Shown: piece by piece, positions 1 to 11,664 of the stretch
Numbering within the stretch: position 1 is the first letter of the stretch
How the letters are laid out: every line of letters begins with the position of its first letter
DNA from: Chloropicon primus
Lineage: Eukaryota
Reading direction: 5' to 3'
DNA: 64,000 bases
NCBI GenBank assembly: GCA_023205875.1
Contig: CP060755.1
Span: 186,001-250,000, forward strand
Position numbers and translations under genes: made by a program
Notes under the pieces: model-generated
The model's input: only the letters and a program-made list of their open reading frames with translations
What the model was told of the DNA's origin: nothing
The model's database searches: none

Positions 1-1070
1 ATTCGTTGTAGCACGACTCCAGGGCCGGGTCGAGATCCACCGGCTCCTCTGTCCTCACAATAATCTACGAAAGGCAGAGAGCGTGTCAGGCGAGGGGAGG
101 CACGGACAAGAACAAGTTGCGCGAAACTTACCATCTTGTGCGAGAAGGACACGCCACACGCAGCATTCGATTTCACGATGAGAGGGACCTTTCCCTTGAA
201 GTCCCTCCCAGCGCCCCCGAAAGGGATCGTGGCCGGTACTATCAAGCGATCGGAGAGGCCCAGGTCCGGGTCCCCCAAGCCCATGAGAAGCTTGTGCATT
301 TCTGTCCTGCTCCATAGGGCAGAGGTCCGTTCGATAGAATCCAACCAAGGAATTTTCGCACCAGCCAGCGAATCGAACACGCTCGGAAGGGACACGGTCA
401 CGTCCAATCCAGAGCTGCCTAGGACAATCCAGTCCGAGGCCTTGTGCATCAAAAGATCAAACTTGCAGCGCCTCTGCTGGAGGTCGAAAGGCGTCGCGTG
501 ATCAACTGGGACGAAGGATACTCCATTGATGGCCTTGAGGTGCAGGAGACCTTGCCTCGAGAGGGAGGACTCTCGAGAGGGCCTCATGATGTACCCCACT
601 ACCACCACACGCTCTGCACCGTCCCGCGACCCGCCCTCCTCGCGACTCTTCAAGTAGCTCGAAAAAATGCGTTGCAGCAGGGAGGTTGGAGACGAGAGTC
701 CACCGGCGTTGCCTGGAGTGCAAGCGATCAATTCCACGTTCATTCTCCCGGCCGCAGAGCGCATGGCGTCGTCCCTGCTGTCGCAGAAGAGCAGCGCCCT
801 CCTCCCCCCCGCCGAGTTCAGCGCCCCAGAGGAACTGAGCGCGTAGAGCAGGGCAACCTTCGCAGTCCTTTCCGTTATGATCAAGAGTTGATTGCTCTTT
901 ACGAGTCCCCTGGCCTTCCTGATCTCCTTGTCGGTCCTCCCGTAGGCCACAAACCATGCCCGAATCCCTTGATTCGCGATCACTTCCGCCAGCATCGACA
1001 CTTGCCCCGCATTACCCCTCCACAACTTGTCCAGGGCCTCGACCTGGAACACAACAGCAAGGTCTCCCAT
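1..1070 (-). CDS. Inositol-tetrakisphosphate 1-kinase (ITPK4-like); 3' end lies outside the window; intron 65-131
   Basis: Manual translation (absent from the ORF track because the frame runs off the edge) gives VVVGYIMRPSRE...FVPVD...DLLMHKASDWI...PLIVKSNAACGVSFSHKM|IIV, matching plant ITPK4 motifs. ATG at 1070; GTAAGT donor at 131 and TAG acceptor at 65. Confidence 0.75.
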   Translation of the reverse strand, partial: MGDLAVVFQVEALDKLWRGNAGQVSMLAEVIANQGIRAWFVAYGRTDKEIRKARGLVKSNQLLIITERTAKVALLYALSSSGALNSAGGRRALLFCDSRDDAMRSAAGRMNVELIACTPGNAGGLSSPTSLLQRIFSSYLKSREEGGSRDGAERVVVVGYIMRPSRESSLSRQGLLHLKAINGVSFVPVDHATPFDLQQRRCKFDLLMHKASDWIVLGSSGLDVTVSLPSVFDSLAGAKIPWLDSIERTSALWSRTEMHKLLMGLGDPDLGLSDRLIVPATIPFGGAGRDFKGKVPLIVKSNAACGVSFSHKMVSFAQLVLVRASPRLTRSLPFVDYCEDRGAGGSRPGPGVVLQR

Positions 1071-1506
1071 CTCTTCGCCGCCGCCAAACCTTATCGCCGA
1101 TAGGTGGAGGCCTCCCCTGCCACTTTACCCCAGCATGATACCCCTCCGTTCATGCCACCGGGACGAGTGCCCAGACTTCCACAACCCGCGCTAGGCCCTG
1201 TGCACTCCTTCCATCCCCCTCTCGTATCGGACCGTCATCAATCCGTCTCCCTCTTCTGCCTCGTCCCCTCCTCCTTTACACAGCAGAGCTCCGGGCCAAG
1301 GGCGCCAAGCGAGGTGTTTCGGTCGACCGAAAGCTTACCGGACCCCTCTCGTCGCGTATCCACCCACCCTCGCCGTTCCCCTCCTCTGCTGAAACGCCAA
1401 AGTCCAGTCCACCCACCGAGGCCGAGGGGAGGAGTGGAGTGGAGTGGAGTGCGTTCACCGGCGATCGTTGAGGAGAGTTGAGGAGAGAGGAGAGAGGAGG
1501 GGAGCG

Positions 1507-2604
1507 ATGGGCGGGGACACGAAGAATGGGAGGGGAGGACGGGGGAAGATCCCTCGAGGGCTGGGGAACGCCAAGACCGCGGAGGATATCTTGAAAGGCT
1601 CCGGGAAGAGGAAAGGGAAGAAGAAGGGCGAGGAGGTTCCCTCCATTGAGGGTCAACCTGGGGTAGCGAGGACGGAGGACGGCAAGTTTTACGTGATATC
1701 GAACGGCCACCTCGTGCAGGCGCTGGTGCAAGCGGGGAAGGAAGAGGCCGAGGAGGCGCAGGTCGTCGGCGAATTCATTTACCCGTACATCGAGCACTGG
1801 TCGGGGCTGTGCGGTGCCAAGAGCGTCGCGCCAAACCTGACGGGCATGCTGCTCGAGATGGATCTCGGGGACCTGCTTCACCTGACGGAAGACCTGAACG
1901 CGTTGAATGCGAAGCTCTACGAGGCTTTCGTTGTCCTTCAGCAGGCGGGGAAGGTGCCCCCGAGCGCGAGCACGAGCCAAGCCCCCGCAGTGCCCCAGAA
2001 GAGTCCGCCTGCGCAAAGCAAGAGGCAGGGAGGCAGGGCCTGGGGCAAGGTTGACCTCAGGGCGGAAGCTAAGGCGTTCAGGCACATTAGCGGTGACTGG
2101 CCCACGCTGCCCACGGACAGCGCGGAGCGAGCCCACTACGAGACTCGGGGAAAGAGGGGAGGAGGCAACGACGAAGAGGAGGAGATCTCTGATTACGAGA
2201 GCGACTACTCGAACTACTCCGATACGGAGAAGCGGGTGATACTTGGCGACGACCTCCTGGGTTACGAGGCCGAGGGGTTAGAATTTTTCGAGCTGGAGCA
2301 GGATGGCGAAGAGGAGGACCTCGAGGCGGAGGACCTGGAGAAGGAGAGGCTTCTGGGCGCGCTGCAGGCGCAGTCCAAGCGGGAGACGACGACGGCGGTG
2401 CCTGCCGCAGCCCCGGTGCCCGCGAGAAAGCCCGTTGGCAACGTGAGAATCAAGAAGAAGGCGGGAGAGGAGGCTGCCCAAGAACAGGCGAAGGAGGCAC
2501 CGGAAGACGCCCAGGACGCCCCGGAGGAACCAGAACCCGCCGTAGACATGTCCTCGAACATCGATAGCTTGATTTCGGAGCTCGACGAACTCAAATCAAA
2601 ATAA
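1507..2604 (+). CDS. MLLE/PABC domain-containing protein with acidic low-complexity C-terminus
   Basis: GEFIYPYI...APNLTGMLLEMDLGDLLHL...ALNAKLYEAFVVL matches the MLLE consensus (GE.LYP.I...A.KITGMLLEMD..ELL.L). Confidence 0.7.
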   Translation: MGGDTKNGRGGRGKIPRGLGNAKTAEDILKGSGKRKGKKKGEEVPSIEGQPGVARTEDGKFYVISNGHLVQALVQAGKEEAEEAQVVGEFIYPYIEHWSGLCGAKSVAPNLTGMLLEMDLGDLLHLTEDLNALNAKLYEAFVVLQQAGKVPPSASTSQAPAVPQKSPPAQSKRQGGRAWGKVDLRAEAKAFRHISGDWPTLPTDSAERAHYETRGKRGGGNDEEEEISDYESDYSNYSDTEKRVILGDDLLGYEAEGLEFFELEQDGEEEDLEAEDLEKERLLGALQAQSKRETTTAVPAAAPVPARKPVGNVRIKKKAGEEAAQEQAKEAPEDAQDAPEEPEPAVDMSSNIDSLISELDELKSK

Positions 2605-2669
2605 TAGAGAGGCAGTTCGCGCCGCGCGTGACGGGAGGGGAACACCGACCCCTTGTACACGCACGCGCA

Positions 2670-2670
<1 letters not shown>

Positions 2671-2709
<39 letters not shown>
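2671..2709. repeat. (CA)n microsatellite
   Basis: Perfect AC dinucleotide run. Confidence 0.95.
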
Positions 2710-2712
<3 letters not shown>

Positions 2713-2965
2713 TATGTATGTATGTATATACACAACACTCCAACAGACAGGAGCAAGACTCTCGCCATCTTCCCTGTGAATTCCGATCTTGAGAGAACCC
2801 CCCCAGGCAGAGGCAGAACTCCGGAGAGGGGGGGGAGGAGAGGGGCCACGGGTGGTGGAGGTCTTGGTCTTGGTCTTGGTCTTGGCTCGAGGCGGAGGAC
2901 CCGGAGAAGGAGAGGCGTCTGAGCGCGAGAGATAAGAACTCGCACGAGCGACAAGGTGGCACGGT

Positions 2966-5545
2966 ATGACTGGAGGGGACAGCGACAAGGGCGATCATCC
3001 CGCCGGGGTGGAACAGTTTCGAAACCTGCCCGTGAGCCGATTGAACTCCAAGTACTTGTATTCGAATCAAACGTCTCACGCTTGGGTCTTCGGCGCTATC
3101 GCGGAGCTTCTTGACAACGCCATGGATCCGGATTGCTTGGCGAGCCAGGTTATGATCCAGCTGACGGAAGTCCAGGAGAAGGCCGTGCTGGTCATCATGG
3201 ACAACGGGAATGGCATGACGCCCGAAGCCCTCTACAAGGTGAGTGTTCCTTTTCAACTTTGCCTCGCTACTCTGGCGCGGGAGCTTACGCGAACCCTCTG
3301 TGTCTTTTGATCCTTTCAGATGCTTTCCTTCGGCTACAGTGAAAAGACGCAGGAAGTGATCCAGGGAAGGAGGTCGATCGGTCACTACGGTAACGGTTTC
3401 AAGTCAGGGAGCATGAGAATAGGGAAGGATGCGCTCGTGCTCACAAAGTGCGGGGACACGCAGTCCGTGGGGCTGCTGTCACGCACGTTTTTGGAAACGA
3501 TCGAGGCGGAGGAGGTGTATCTCCCATTGCTCACGTGGGATCACGAAGGAAAACTGCAAAACGAGGACGATAAGACGGTGAGAGAGGGGCTTGAGGCGAT
3601 CAGCAAGTACTCTATCTTCGACTCGGAGGAGGATCTCTTGTCCGAGTTCGAAGCCATCAAGGAGACCGGAACGATGATCATCATCTCGAACCTGAAGAAG
3701 CTTGGGGACGAGAACGACGCTGACAGTCCCTTGGAGCTTTGCGTGGACCCCGAGGAGGCAGACATCAAGATCAGTAGCTACTCTCCGGACGGAAAGTCGA
3801 AGTTCCAGCAGCTCAGGGTTGGCCAGGGAAGCAATGTGGACATTCCTCTGGACTATTCACTGAGAGCTTACGTCTCGGTCCTGTACAAGGTCCCGCGCAT
3901 GCAAATTTTTCTTATGGGAAAGAAAGTGAAGTGCAAGCGCGCGAGTCAGCAACTTTCGGAGAGAATGCACGACACCTACAAGCCCTATTCCGCAGGTGGC
4001 CAGCCAGCCGACATACTGATCGGGTTCTCAGAGCCAGAGGACTTGTACGGCATGATGATGTACCACAATAACAGACTCATCAAGCCCTATGTCAGGGTAG
4101 GATGCCAGATGGAAGCGAACGCAAAAGGCGTGGGGGTTCTCGGCATCATAGACGCCAACTTTCTGACTCCAATGCACAACAAGCAGGATTTTGCTGACAC
4201 GAAGGAGTACAGGGGGCTCATCAACAAGCTGTCTCAGAATCTGAACATGTTCTGGTGGGCTAAGGTTGAGAAACCGGCTGCAGAAGAGAAGGACAGGGAA
4301 GAGCAACAGAAGAAGAAAAGGAGGAGGAAACAACCAGACGTTAACTGGGTCCAATGTGGGTATCCTCCTTGCGCAAAATGGCGTATCTTGCCCAAAGGAA
4401 CAGATATGACGCCATTCAACGACGAGAACTTTCACTGGGTTTGCTCCATGCACCCCAATCCAAAGATTGCTGATTCGAACCACGAATACCCTGAGGACAC
4501 TTGGGACATTGATGTGGTCCAGGGAGAAGAGGCAGCGGCAAAGAGAAGGGAATGGCAGGCTGAAAAGAGGCAGAAGAAGGCGGAGGAGGTCGCAAAGAAG
4601 GACGCACAAGTTCTGCAGCTTGCTCAGGAAGGACTGCTGCAGCACATACAGTTCGAAGGAGTAAACCAGCCAGTAAATGCTGGCCCAGAACCCCCCAGAG
4701 AGGTGCAAGTGCAGCAGCCAAGCCAGCCACCGACTTCTGGGGCTCCAGAACCCCCCAGAGAGGTGCAAGTGCAGCAGCCAAGCCAGCCACCGACTCCTGG
4801 GGCTCCAGAACCCCCCAGAGAGGTGCAAGTGCAGCAGCCACTGGCTTCTCCAGATGCTCTAGAATGCAAGAACGATTCTGATTCTGATACAATATCTGAG
4901 GATCACGCTGCAGAAATCCGACAGCCACCTGTCACACAGAAAGAGGGAACAGCGGTACGGAGCTCAATGCAAGTCAGCACCCAAGCTACTGCTCCTTCGA
5001 AGGGAGATCGTGCGAGAAGTGATACCCAGGCGGGTGTTGGTGCAAGTGGGACCCGGCAGGTAGACATAGAAAGTTTGGGAATAGGCATCATAGAAGACAA
5101 TTTGGTGAGAACCCGGGTGAGGCGAGAGGATGCTGACAATAATGCAGGTGGCGCTGAAAGGGGGTCCCCCCAGCCCGGACCACAACGCCAAATCTTGTCC
5201 GCACTACCATGCCAAGTCTCGCCCGCACTACCAGCAGGCGCCCCCTTGCCGAATCTCTTTGAGGAGGTACTCCAAATTGGAGTTCACCATGGCAGGCCTG
5301 TTCACCAACCTTGGGACCAACTGACCCAAGATCATCGTCTTGCTTTGTGCCAAACAAAATTGAGACAGTGCTTGCAACTCATCTACCTCACTGCGCAGAG
5401 GGGAGGGAGGCTTGCTCACATGCCAACGCTTAACCTTGTATCAAATTCAAGGGATGACGAGTTGGCCAGGATAAACATGCGGGTGTACTTCAGAGCGATT
5501 GGTTTGGAAGACTTGTATAACCAGATGTTTGCCCATCATACATGA
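2966..5545 (+). CDS. MORC: MORC-family GHKL ATPase with CW-type zinc finger; intron 3239-3319
   Basis: FGAIAELLDNAMD, DNGNGM, IGHYGNGFKSGSMRIG, S5-domain GMMMYHNNRLI...PMHNKQDF, and CW motif NWVQCGYPPCAKWRILP...WVCSMHP. GT..AG intron joins the two ORFs. Confidence 0.93.
4685..4840 (+). repeat. In-frame 60-bp tandem repeat (~2.6 copies; PEPPREVQVQQPSQPPTxGA) inside MORC
   Basis: Successive 60-nt lines are nearly identical. Confidence 0.95.
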
Positions 5546-5596
5546 GATTTGTAGTAGTGTAGAGTAGTAGTAGTTTAGTTCTAATGCTTACAGTGC

Positions 5597-7349
5597 CTAC
5601 AGAGTGCCTCGAATGCCCAACAGGTACTCCTTGCAGTCTTCAGCAGAGCCATCAGGATGAGCAAGCTGCCACTTCGTCATTTCCTGGACTGCTTTGCCTA
5701 TGACCGGGCCCTTTGCGTTCAGCAGATTAATCAAATCCTTTCCGTTTACCAAGGGTTTCATTTGCCACGCCTTGTCGATCTTCAGAGACACGGCAACCTC
5801 CTCGACTTTCGTGGCATACGTCAAAGATTTCTCCAAAGAACCGTCACTGTCTCCACAAGCCACCGCAGGAGATTTGTCTTCCTTCCCGAGTGACCTGCCG
5901 CATGGCAGTCCCATGACATAGGAGACCATAATGGCTAGCTTCCAGAGCTCCTTGGTGCTCTTGATCGCCATTCCGAGTTTCACCTTTGTCTCCTGGGAGA
6001 TGCTTGACGTATCACGAATATCCCCCGAGACGCTCAGGATGTCCCCAGCACCCTTCTGAAGGCAACCGACCAAATTCGAGACCTTCTTCTTCTTCAAGGA
6101 CACGCTCACGACGTGTTCTGGCAGGCACATACGCTTGTTCTTCTTCTCGCCTTCCGTCCAAAAGTCTCTCAGGGGCAGAAGGAGAGCGCTCAAGATACCA
6201 ATCCTCTTTGTCGACTTGTTTCCTTCTCCCGCGAGGAGATGGGCCATCAGGATCCCACAACTGATGCAAGGCTCCGCGTACCCGGGGGGCAGCTCGCCCT
6301 TCATCTTTTCGGGGATATCCAAGATGACATCAAGCAGACCAAACGATCGTATCAGCTTCAAAGCCAGCTTTGGATCGGGCCCTTCCATCATCGCTTCGAA
6401 CTCGGTGCTTATCCTTTCCCTGCTCACTTTGGTCTGCGTGAAATGAAGTCGAGAGCAAGGCGTGTCAGACGCCAGAACGAATCGTCTTGGTCCCAGAAAA
6501 AAACTCACCTGGAGCGCCGCTTTTACCTCCGAGGAGGAAGCAGCTTCAACAAGCTCCTCGTGCAAGTCAAAGTTAAGGCGGGAGGAGAAGCGAACAGCCC
6601 TCAACACCCTCAAAGGGTCGTCCGTAAATGTCTGCAAAGCTGGCAGAGGGGTGCGGATCAGCTTATTCCTGGCGGGGAAGGCGGGGAAGGCGGGGAAGGA
6701 AATCAAAACCACACAATCGTGTCAAACAAAAAGGTGCGGAGCTCGGACAAAACACCTCCTTACCTCAGATCCTCAAGACCTTTCCCTGTGAGGTCCTCCA
6801 CGTTGCCTTGCCCGATGTTGTAGAACAACGCATTGATCGTAAAGTCCCTCCTCACAGCGTCTTCCTCTGCGGTGCCAAACTCGATCTCAGGTATCCTGCT
6901 GGTGGACGCGTACGACTCGGACCTCAAGTTCACGAAATCGATCTCTATTCCCTGGTACTTGACCTTGGCTGTCTCCAAGTGCTTGGACTGATCTGGGTTG
7001 GACCGGATCACCGCAACGTTTGCTCTCTGCTCGCCGTGAGATGTCAAGTACTCGTTCAAGTGGTTCGCGAACTAGTAGGAATCGAAAACAGCAAGCGGAG
7101 GGCTCGTTCGTCAGCTTTCGACTCAATTAACCGGTCCGAGCAAGAGGAAAACCAGAGTCGTCTCACCTCCTCCCCACTCATGGTGTCCAGAGCGATGTCA
7201 ATGTCGTCCGAGCCTCGCCCGAGGAGCTTATCCCTCACCCAACCTCCCGCACACCGAATCTCGACCTGCTTGTCTCCCAGACCTCGGGCGACGCTCCTGA
7301 GCAAGTCGAAGAGTCGACGCTCCTCCTCGTTCAGATCGATGCCGCTCAT
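5597..7349 (-). CDS. CCA-adding tRNA nucleotidyltransferase (multi-exon)
   Basis: RCAGGWVRDKLLG..DDIDIALD, NPDQSKHLETA, DFVNLRSE, DAVRRDFTINALFYN, DDPLRVLRAVRF, spread over exons separated by GT-AG introns. Confidence 0.93.
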
Positions 7350-7638
7350 ACTCAATATCTAGGGAATGCCCTCGTCGTCTGAGTCCCCTTCACTCCATCA
7401 CGCCCGGCTCAACTCCCGTCCTCGTCGTCGACTTGGCGCCTCTCTCTCCCCTCTCCTCTCCCTCTCTGACTCTGAAGAGACAGCGACAAGCGAGTTTTTG
7501 AAGGTTTCCTATGAGAGAGAGACGGTCTAACGCTTTCGCTGGCCGGACTGTGTCAAAGGACTTTGTGCAAGAGGGAAGTCTTCGAAGGAACCCTGGGTGA
7601 GCGGTGCAGTGTTGTTTGGTGCTGTAGATTAATTAGAA

Positions 7639-9780
7639 TTAGTGCTCAGAGGAAGGAGGGACGAGGAGGTACGTCATCATGTCGCCCTTGCCCTTGACCT
7701 GGACCTGTCCTCTCTCCTCCCAGTCGAAATCATCGCGAACTAAGAGGTCGTGGGTGACTTTGGAGACCTGGATTCGATCGGGAAGGCTCGTGGACTCCAT
7801 CCTGCTGGCGGTATTCACGGTGTCGCCGAACAAGCAGTACCTCGGCACCCTGGTTCCAACGACGCCGGAGCAGACGTCGCCCGTGTGCGCGCCGACTCGG
7901 ATCCGGCATTCCTCTCCGTTTGGCATGGTGATCTCGCGAGCTACTCGGACAGCTGCCTCTCCGAACGACACTGCAGCGGCCGCGGAAGAGACCTCGTCGG
8001 TCATTTTGCACGAGATGATGCTCTTCGCCGTACCCTTCCTTGTCGCCGGTCCCCGAATGGATTCGTCTGAAGAGTAATCATGCCCGCTTTCTGCATCCAT
8101 GTCCAGGCCAGCCGCAAGCATCAGCGCGTCTCCGATGGTCTCCACCTTCCAGAGTTGCTCGTCCTCGTCGATCAAGTCGTCGAATGCAATGAAGAGTCTG
8201 TGTAGGAAAGACATCACTTCCTGCGGAGGACAAGCCTGCGACATTGCGGTGAAGCCACAGATATCCGTGAACAGGACAGTGACCTGCCGATGGTGCCTCG
8301 CGACTACTCGACCAAAAAAACCTATCGAGCTGCACGAGAAAGTCCCCATCAGCGTCCTCGTTCTTGTGAGCAGATTCATCTCTTGCTCGTTGACCAGGTC
8401 TCGAGCAATGGCGGAGGGAAATATCGAGTGGATCAAAGCCTCCTGGTCCGACTTCTGCTGCAGCAACTGGCGTTCCCTTTGCCTTTGCAGAGCCGTGACG
8501 ATCTTCTTGTTGATGAATGCCTTCCGGTTCGATTCATCGATGAAGAAGTTGACGACGATGATCGACGCGAAGATGGTAGCCATAATCACAAACGCGAAAA
8601 TAATTTTCGACAAGAAGAGCCACTTGCAGGCCACGGCCACAGACGGAGATTGAAGGCATCCCTCAAAGTCGGCGTTTTCGGATATGATATCCTCCATTGC
8701 GTTGGACAATCCGCTCCGAAGTGGATCCCAATAGCCTTGGCAAATTGGCACGATGATAAGGAGCACCACGGATCCAGTCAGGGCCAGCTCCAGAGTAACG
8801 TCGCTCGGGAGGTTCATAAAATACAACGAAAGGAACGGAGGAAGAACGTAAAAACACAGCATCATCACCCATCCCGAGAACTTTCCGTACGTAGAGGACC
8901 AAATTTCCCCACTCCACGAGAAGTCATAGCCCATTATGATTGCGTACAGCAAAAAAGCTGCCTCGCACACAAGCTCCACAATCTCGAGCTTGCTCCCCTC
9001 TCCCTTGCAAACGATGGCGATAGTGAGCGCCATGGCCACTACAAACGTGAGGAGGGCGAGGCAAGGTGTGATAAACCACCGGAAGTAAGGAAGCTCCGTC
9101 TCGCCTGTGAGCGAGTACCTGAACTCTCTTGGAATCCTCTGAAACAGTGCTGTTGTGGTGATAGTATCCAACAGCGATCCTAGCAAAACGAGCACGGAAC
9201 TCAGTGCCAAACCTGAAGAAGACAAGAAGGCACAAGTTCGGGTCAGCAGCGAGAGAGAGAGAGAGAGAAAGAGAGAGAGACTCGTTCTCACCTGCGAACA
9301 ACCGCCTCGAGATGCACCTGTACAGCCACTCGCGGTACTCCCTTTCCAGGTGGCGGTCCTTGAACCCCAGGAGGAAGTGCTGCTCTGGCCGCAGAGGAAT
9401 GCTCTTCGCGCTCGTTTTCCCGTCCTTGTGGCCTTCCACTTCCTTGTCAAGCTCCGTATCGAAGTCAAACTTTTGCTTGTGAAGAACCTCTCGGAACCTC
9501 TTCCCCCAGAGCAAGCCCAGGCCAAAGAGAACCATCGCACTTTCCCCTTCCCCTTGCCCTCGTCCCCTTCTACATCACCACTTCCTCCTGGTTCGGCGTC
9601 CCCTCCTGAGGATTTCCTCGCGCGAACCCCTGAAGGAGAGGAGTTGAAAACGCGAGTGAGATTTAACGCCCGGGTTCGTCGCACGACAAGGGAGAGGGAA
9701 GGTGTGCTTGTTGAGGACTTTGTGCACGGACGGGGACGAAGAAGGGGAGGAGGTGTTGAAAGAACGGAAGGGCATCTCAA
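7639..9780 (-). CDS. Multi-pass membrane class III nucleotidyl cyclase, probably a guanylyl cyclase (5' exon structure uncertain)
   Basis: TVLFTDICGFT, WKVETIGDA, RVGAHTG, PRYCLFGDTVNTASRMES. The Glu and Cys substrate residues are GC-type. Several hydrophobic helices precede the catalytic domain. Confidence 0.88.
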   Translation of the reverse strand: MRCPSVLSTPPPLLRPRPCTKSSTSTPSLSLVVRRTRALNLTRVFNSSPSGVRARKSSGGDAEPGGSGDVEGDEGKGKGKVRWFSLAWACSGGRGSERFFTSKSLTSIRSLTRKWKATRTGKRARRAFLCGQSSTSSWGSRTATWKGSTASGCTGASRGGCSQVRTSLSLFLSLSLSLLTRTCAFLSSSGLALSSVLVLLGSLLDTITTTALFQRIPREFRYSLTGETELPYFRWFITPCLALLTFVVAMALTIAIVCKGEGSKLEIVELVCEAAFLLYAIIMGYDFSWSGEIWSSTYGKFSGWVMMLCFYVLPPFLSLYFMNLPSDVTLELALTGSVVLLIIVPICQGYWDPLRSGLSNAMEDIISENADFEGCLQSPSVAVACKWLFLSKIIFAFVIMATIFASIIVVNFFIDESNRKAFINKKIVTALQRQRERQLLQQKSDQEALIHSIFPSAIARDLVNEQEMNLLTRTRTLMGTFSCSSIGFFGRVVARHHRQVTVLFTDICGFTAMSQACPPQEVMSFLHRLFIAFDDLIDEDEQLWKVETIGDALMLAAGLDMDAESGHDYSSDESIRGPATRKGTAKSIISCKMTDEVSSAAAAVSFGEAAVRVAREITMPNGEECRIRVGAHTGDVCSGVVGTRVPRYCLFGDTVNTASRMESTSLPDRIQVSKVTHDLLVRDDFDWEERGQVQVKGKGDMMTYLLVPPSSEH

Positions 9781-9968
9781 GGGCTTTCGATTGATACCTC
9801 GGCTGAAGGTTTTGGCAAGAAGGAGAGTGGTCCTTCTTTTGAGACGACAGGCGTTAGTGGAGGTGTGCCTCGAAGTTTGTTTTGTGAGTTGTTGGCTCGG
9901 TTCGTGAAGAGGAAGAGAAGGGCAGTCTTCGTGGAGCTGTGCAGTGTTGTGCGGTGTTGTATTTCATC

Positions 9969-11180
9969 ATGAGGCGTCCCACGAGACAGAGACGCTGGAC
10001 ACGCACCAGGTCGACGGCGGCGATGATCGCGGCGGCGAGGGCCGACGACGGTGGTGATGACGACAAGGGAGGGTTGTCCCCAGGTGCCATGGACATGGAC
10101 GTGGACGGAGAGTATTTGGCGAGCTTCGTGACGGGCTCTACGACGATCATCGAAGAGGAGAGTGACAGTGAGGAGGATAGTGGTGGTGCGGGTTCGTCCT
10201 TCCAACCTGAGCCAGAGAAGGTGACTATGATAAGTGGCAACGCACGTCCTTTCAGGACTCGCAATGGAAAGAGAACGCTTCGGGATGCCATCTACCTCGT
10301 TCTTCAAGATGCTGCGGGAGGGAGCTTGCGCGCCAAAGAGATCCATGCACGGATCCAGGCCAAGAAGTTGTATGTGTTTAGGCGTATGGATGGTTCTGTT
10401 CATACTGATGTTGAGAGAATGCGGAACGCTGTCAGCTCTGCTTGTACAAAGAGCCCCTTCTTTGTTCGCACTGCACGTGGAACATATGCCATTGCCAAGA
10501 AATACTTGAATGGGTCCAATACTCAAGTTGCTGTCAGGCCCTCACCACTTCGGGATGCCATCTATCGCGTTCTTCAAGAAGTGGGAGGGAGCTTGCACTA
10601 CAGAGAGATCTTTGCCCGGATCCGGGCGAAGAAGCTACATGTGTTCAGGCGGAAAGATGGTTCTGTTCATACTGATCCGAAGAGAATGCTGAAAACTGTC
10701 AGTAGTACTTGTGCACAGAGCCCCTTCTTTGTTCGCACTGAACGCGGAATATATGCAATTGCCAAGGAATACTTGAATCGATCAACCGCCGACAACCTCA
10801 ATGAGCAGAATTCCAACGCCACCACCAACAACAACAACATGAAGACGACGAGATCTCCTTCTCCTTCTCCCTATGCTTTGGATTTGAGAGAGGCTCTCGA
10901 GTCCGGCCTGATGACGGAGGAGGAGTACGCCAGCGCAGTGCAGGAGGCCCAGCGTTACGACAGCAAGTCATCAGAGAAGAAGAGAGAGATCGCGGACTAC
11001 AACGAGGCGTTGAGGATCATCTTTGCGGACGCATCTCTTAAGCTGAGCGACAAGGAACAATGTATCGTGAAGAGAGAATACCTGGAAGAGGTCGGGCTCT
11101 GCAAAGTTCGTCCTCCGTCGTCGAAGAGAACACGAAGCAAGATGGCCCCTTCCATCGTCAAGGTCAAGCAGGAAGAGTGA
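9969..11180 (+). CDS. Protein with two tandem HARE-HTH-like winged-helix domains
   Basis: LRDAIY.VLQ..GGSL...EI.ARI.AKKL...FVRT.RG.YAI occurs twice with a ~270-bp period (10278-10511, 10548-10778). Confidence 0.65.
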   Translation: MRRPTRQRRWTRTRSTAAMIAAARADDGGDDDKGGLSPGAMDMDVDGEYLASFVTGSTTIIEEESDSEEDSGGAGSSFQPEPEKVTMISGNARPFRTRNGKRTLRDAIYLVLQDAAGGSLRAKEIHARIQAKKLYVFRRMDGSVHTDVERMRNAVSSACTKSPFFVRTARGTYAIAKKYLNGSNTQVAVRPSPLRDAIYRVLQEVGGSLHYREIFARIRAKKLHVFRRKDGSVHTDPKRMLKTVSSTCAQSPFFVRTERGIYAIAKEYLNRSTADNLNEQNSNATTNNNNMKTTRSPSPSPYALDLREALESGLMTEEEYASAVQEAQRYDSKSSEKKREIADYNEALRIIFADASLKLSDKEQCIVKREYLEEVGLCKVRPPSSKRTRSKMAPSIVKVKQEE

Positions 11181-11454
11181 AGAGGCAGATTACTATGTGC
11201 AGAGCATGCAAGCTGTAGGAGACTGTATAAACGAAATGTAGATAGCAAATAACTTCACTCTGTGTCCTTTGCCACCTTGCCTTTTGTCCTCCTCATCATC
11301 ATCATCGGCGACGACACGAGACCACCGCGTGCGTTACAAAGGAGGTGCAGGTCAACTATTTCCTTGCGGCGTCCCATCATGGGTTCCGGCGCCGTTGTGC
11401 GCAGCCGCTACTTGGTCGGTAGTTGGCTAGGGTTATTCTCCGTGAGAATCACCG

Positions 11455-11566
11455 GGGAAGAACATGCGGAAAACTGTCACTTCTGCTTCTATAAGGAGCC
11501 CCCGCTTTGATCGCACTGCACGTGAATTATATGCCATTACCAAGGAATACCACTTGAATGGGTCCG
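11455..11566 (+). pseudogene. Degenerate third copy of the 3' half of the HARE-HTH-like module
   Basis: actgtcac...cgcactgcacgtgaattatatgccattaccaaggaataccacttgaatgggtcc closely resembles 10428-10517 but has indels. Confidence 0.7.
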
Positions 11567-11664
11567 CGATCGCTTGATCCATAACGACATAAATACTCTC
11601 GAACTCTCTTTTGCAAATTCGTCTCATCACCATCATCATCGTCGTCGTCGTCGTCGTCGGTCGG

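Noticed and set aside
4685..4840. CRISPR-like array
   Set aside because: Units are identical with no variable spacers and lie in frame inside MORC.
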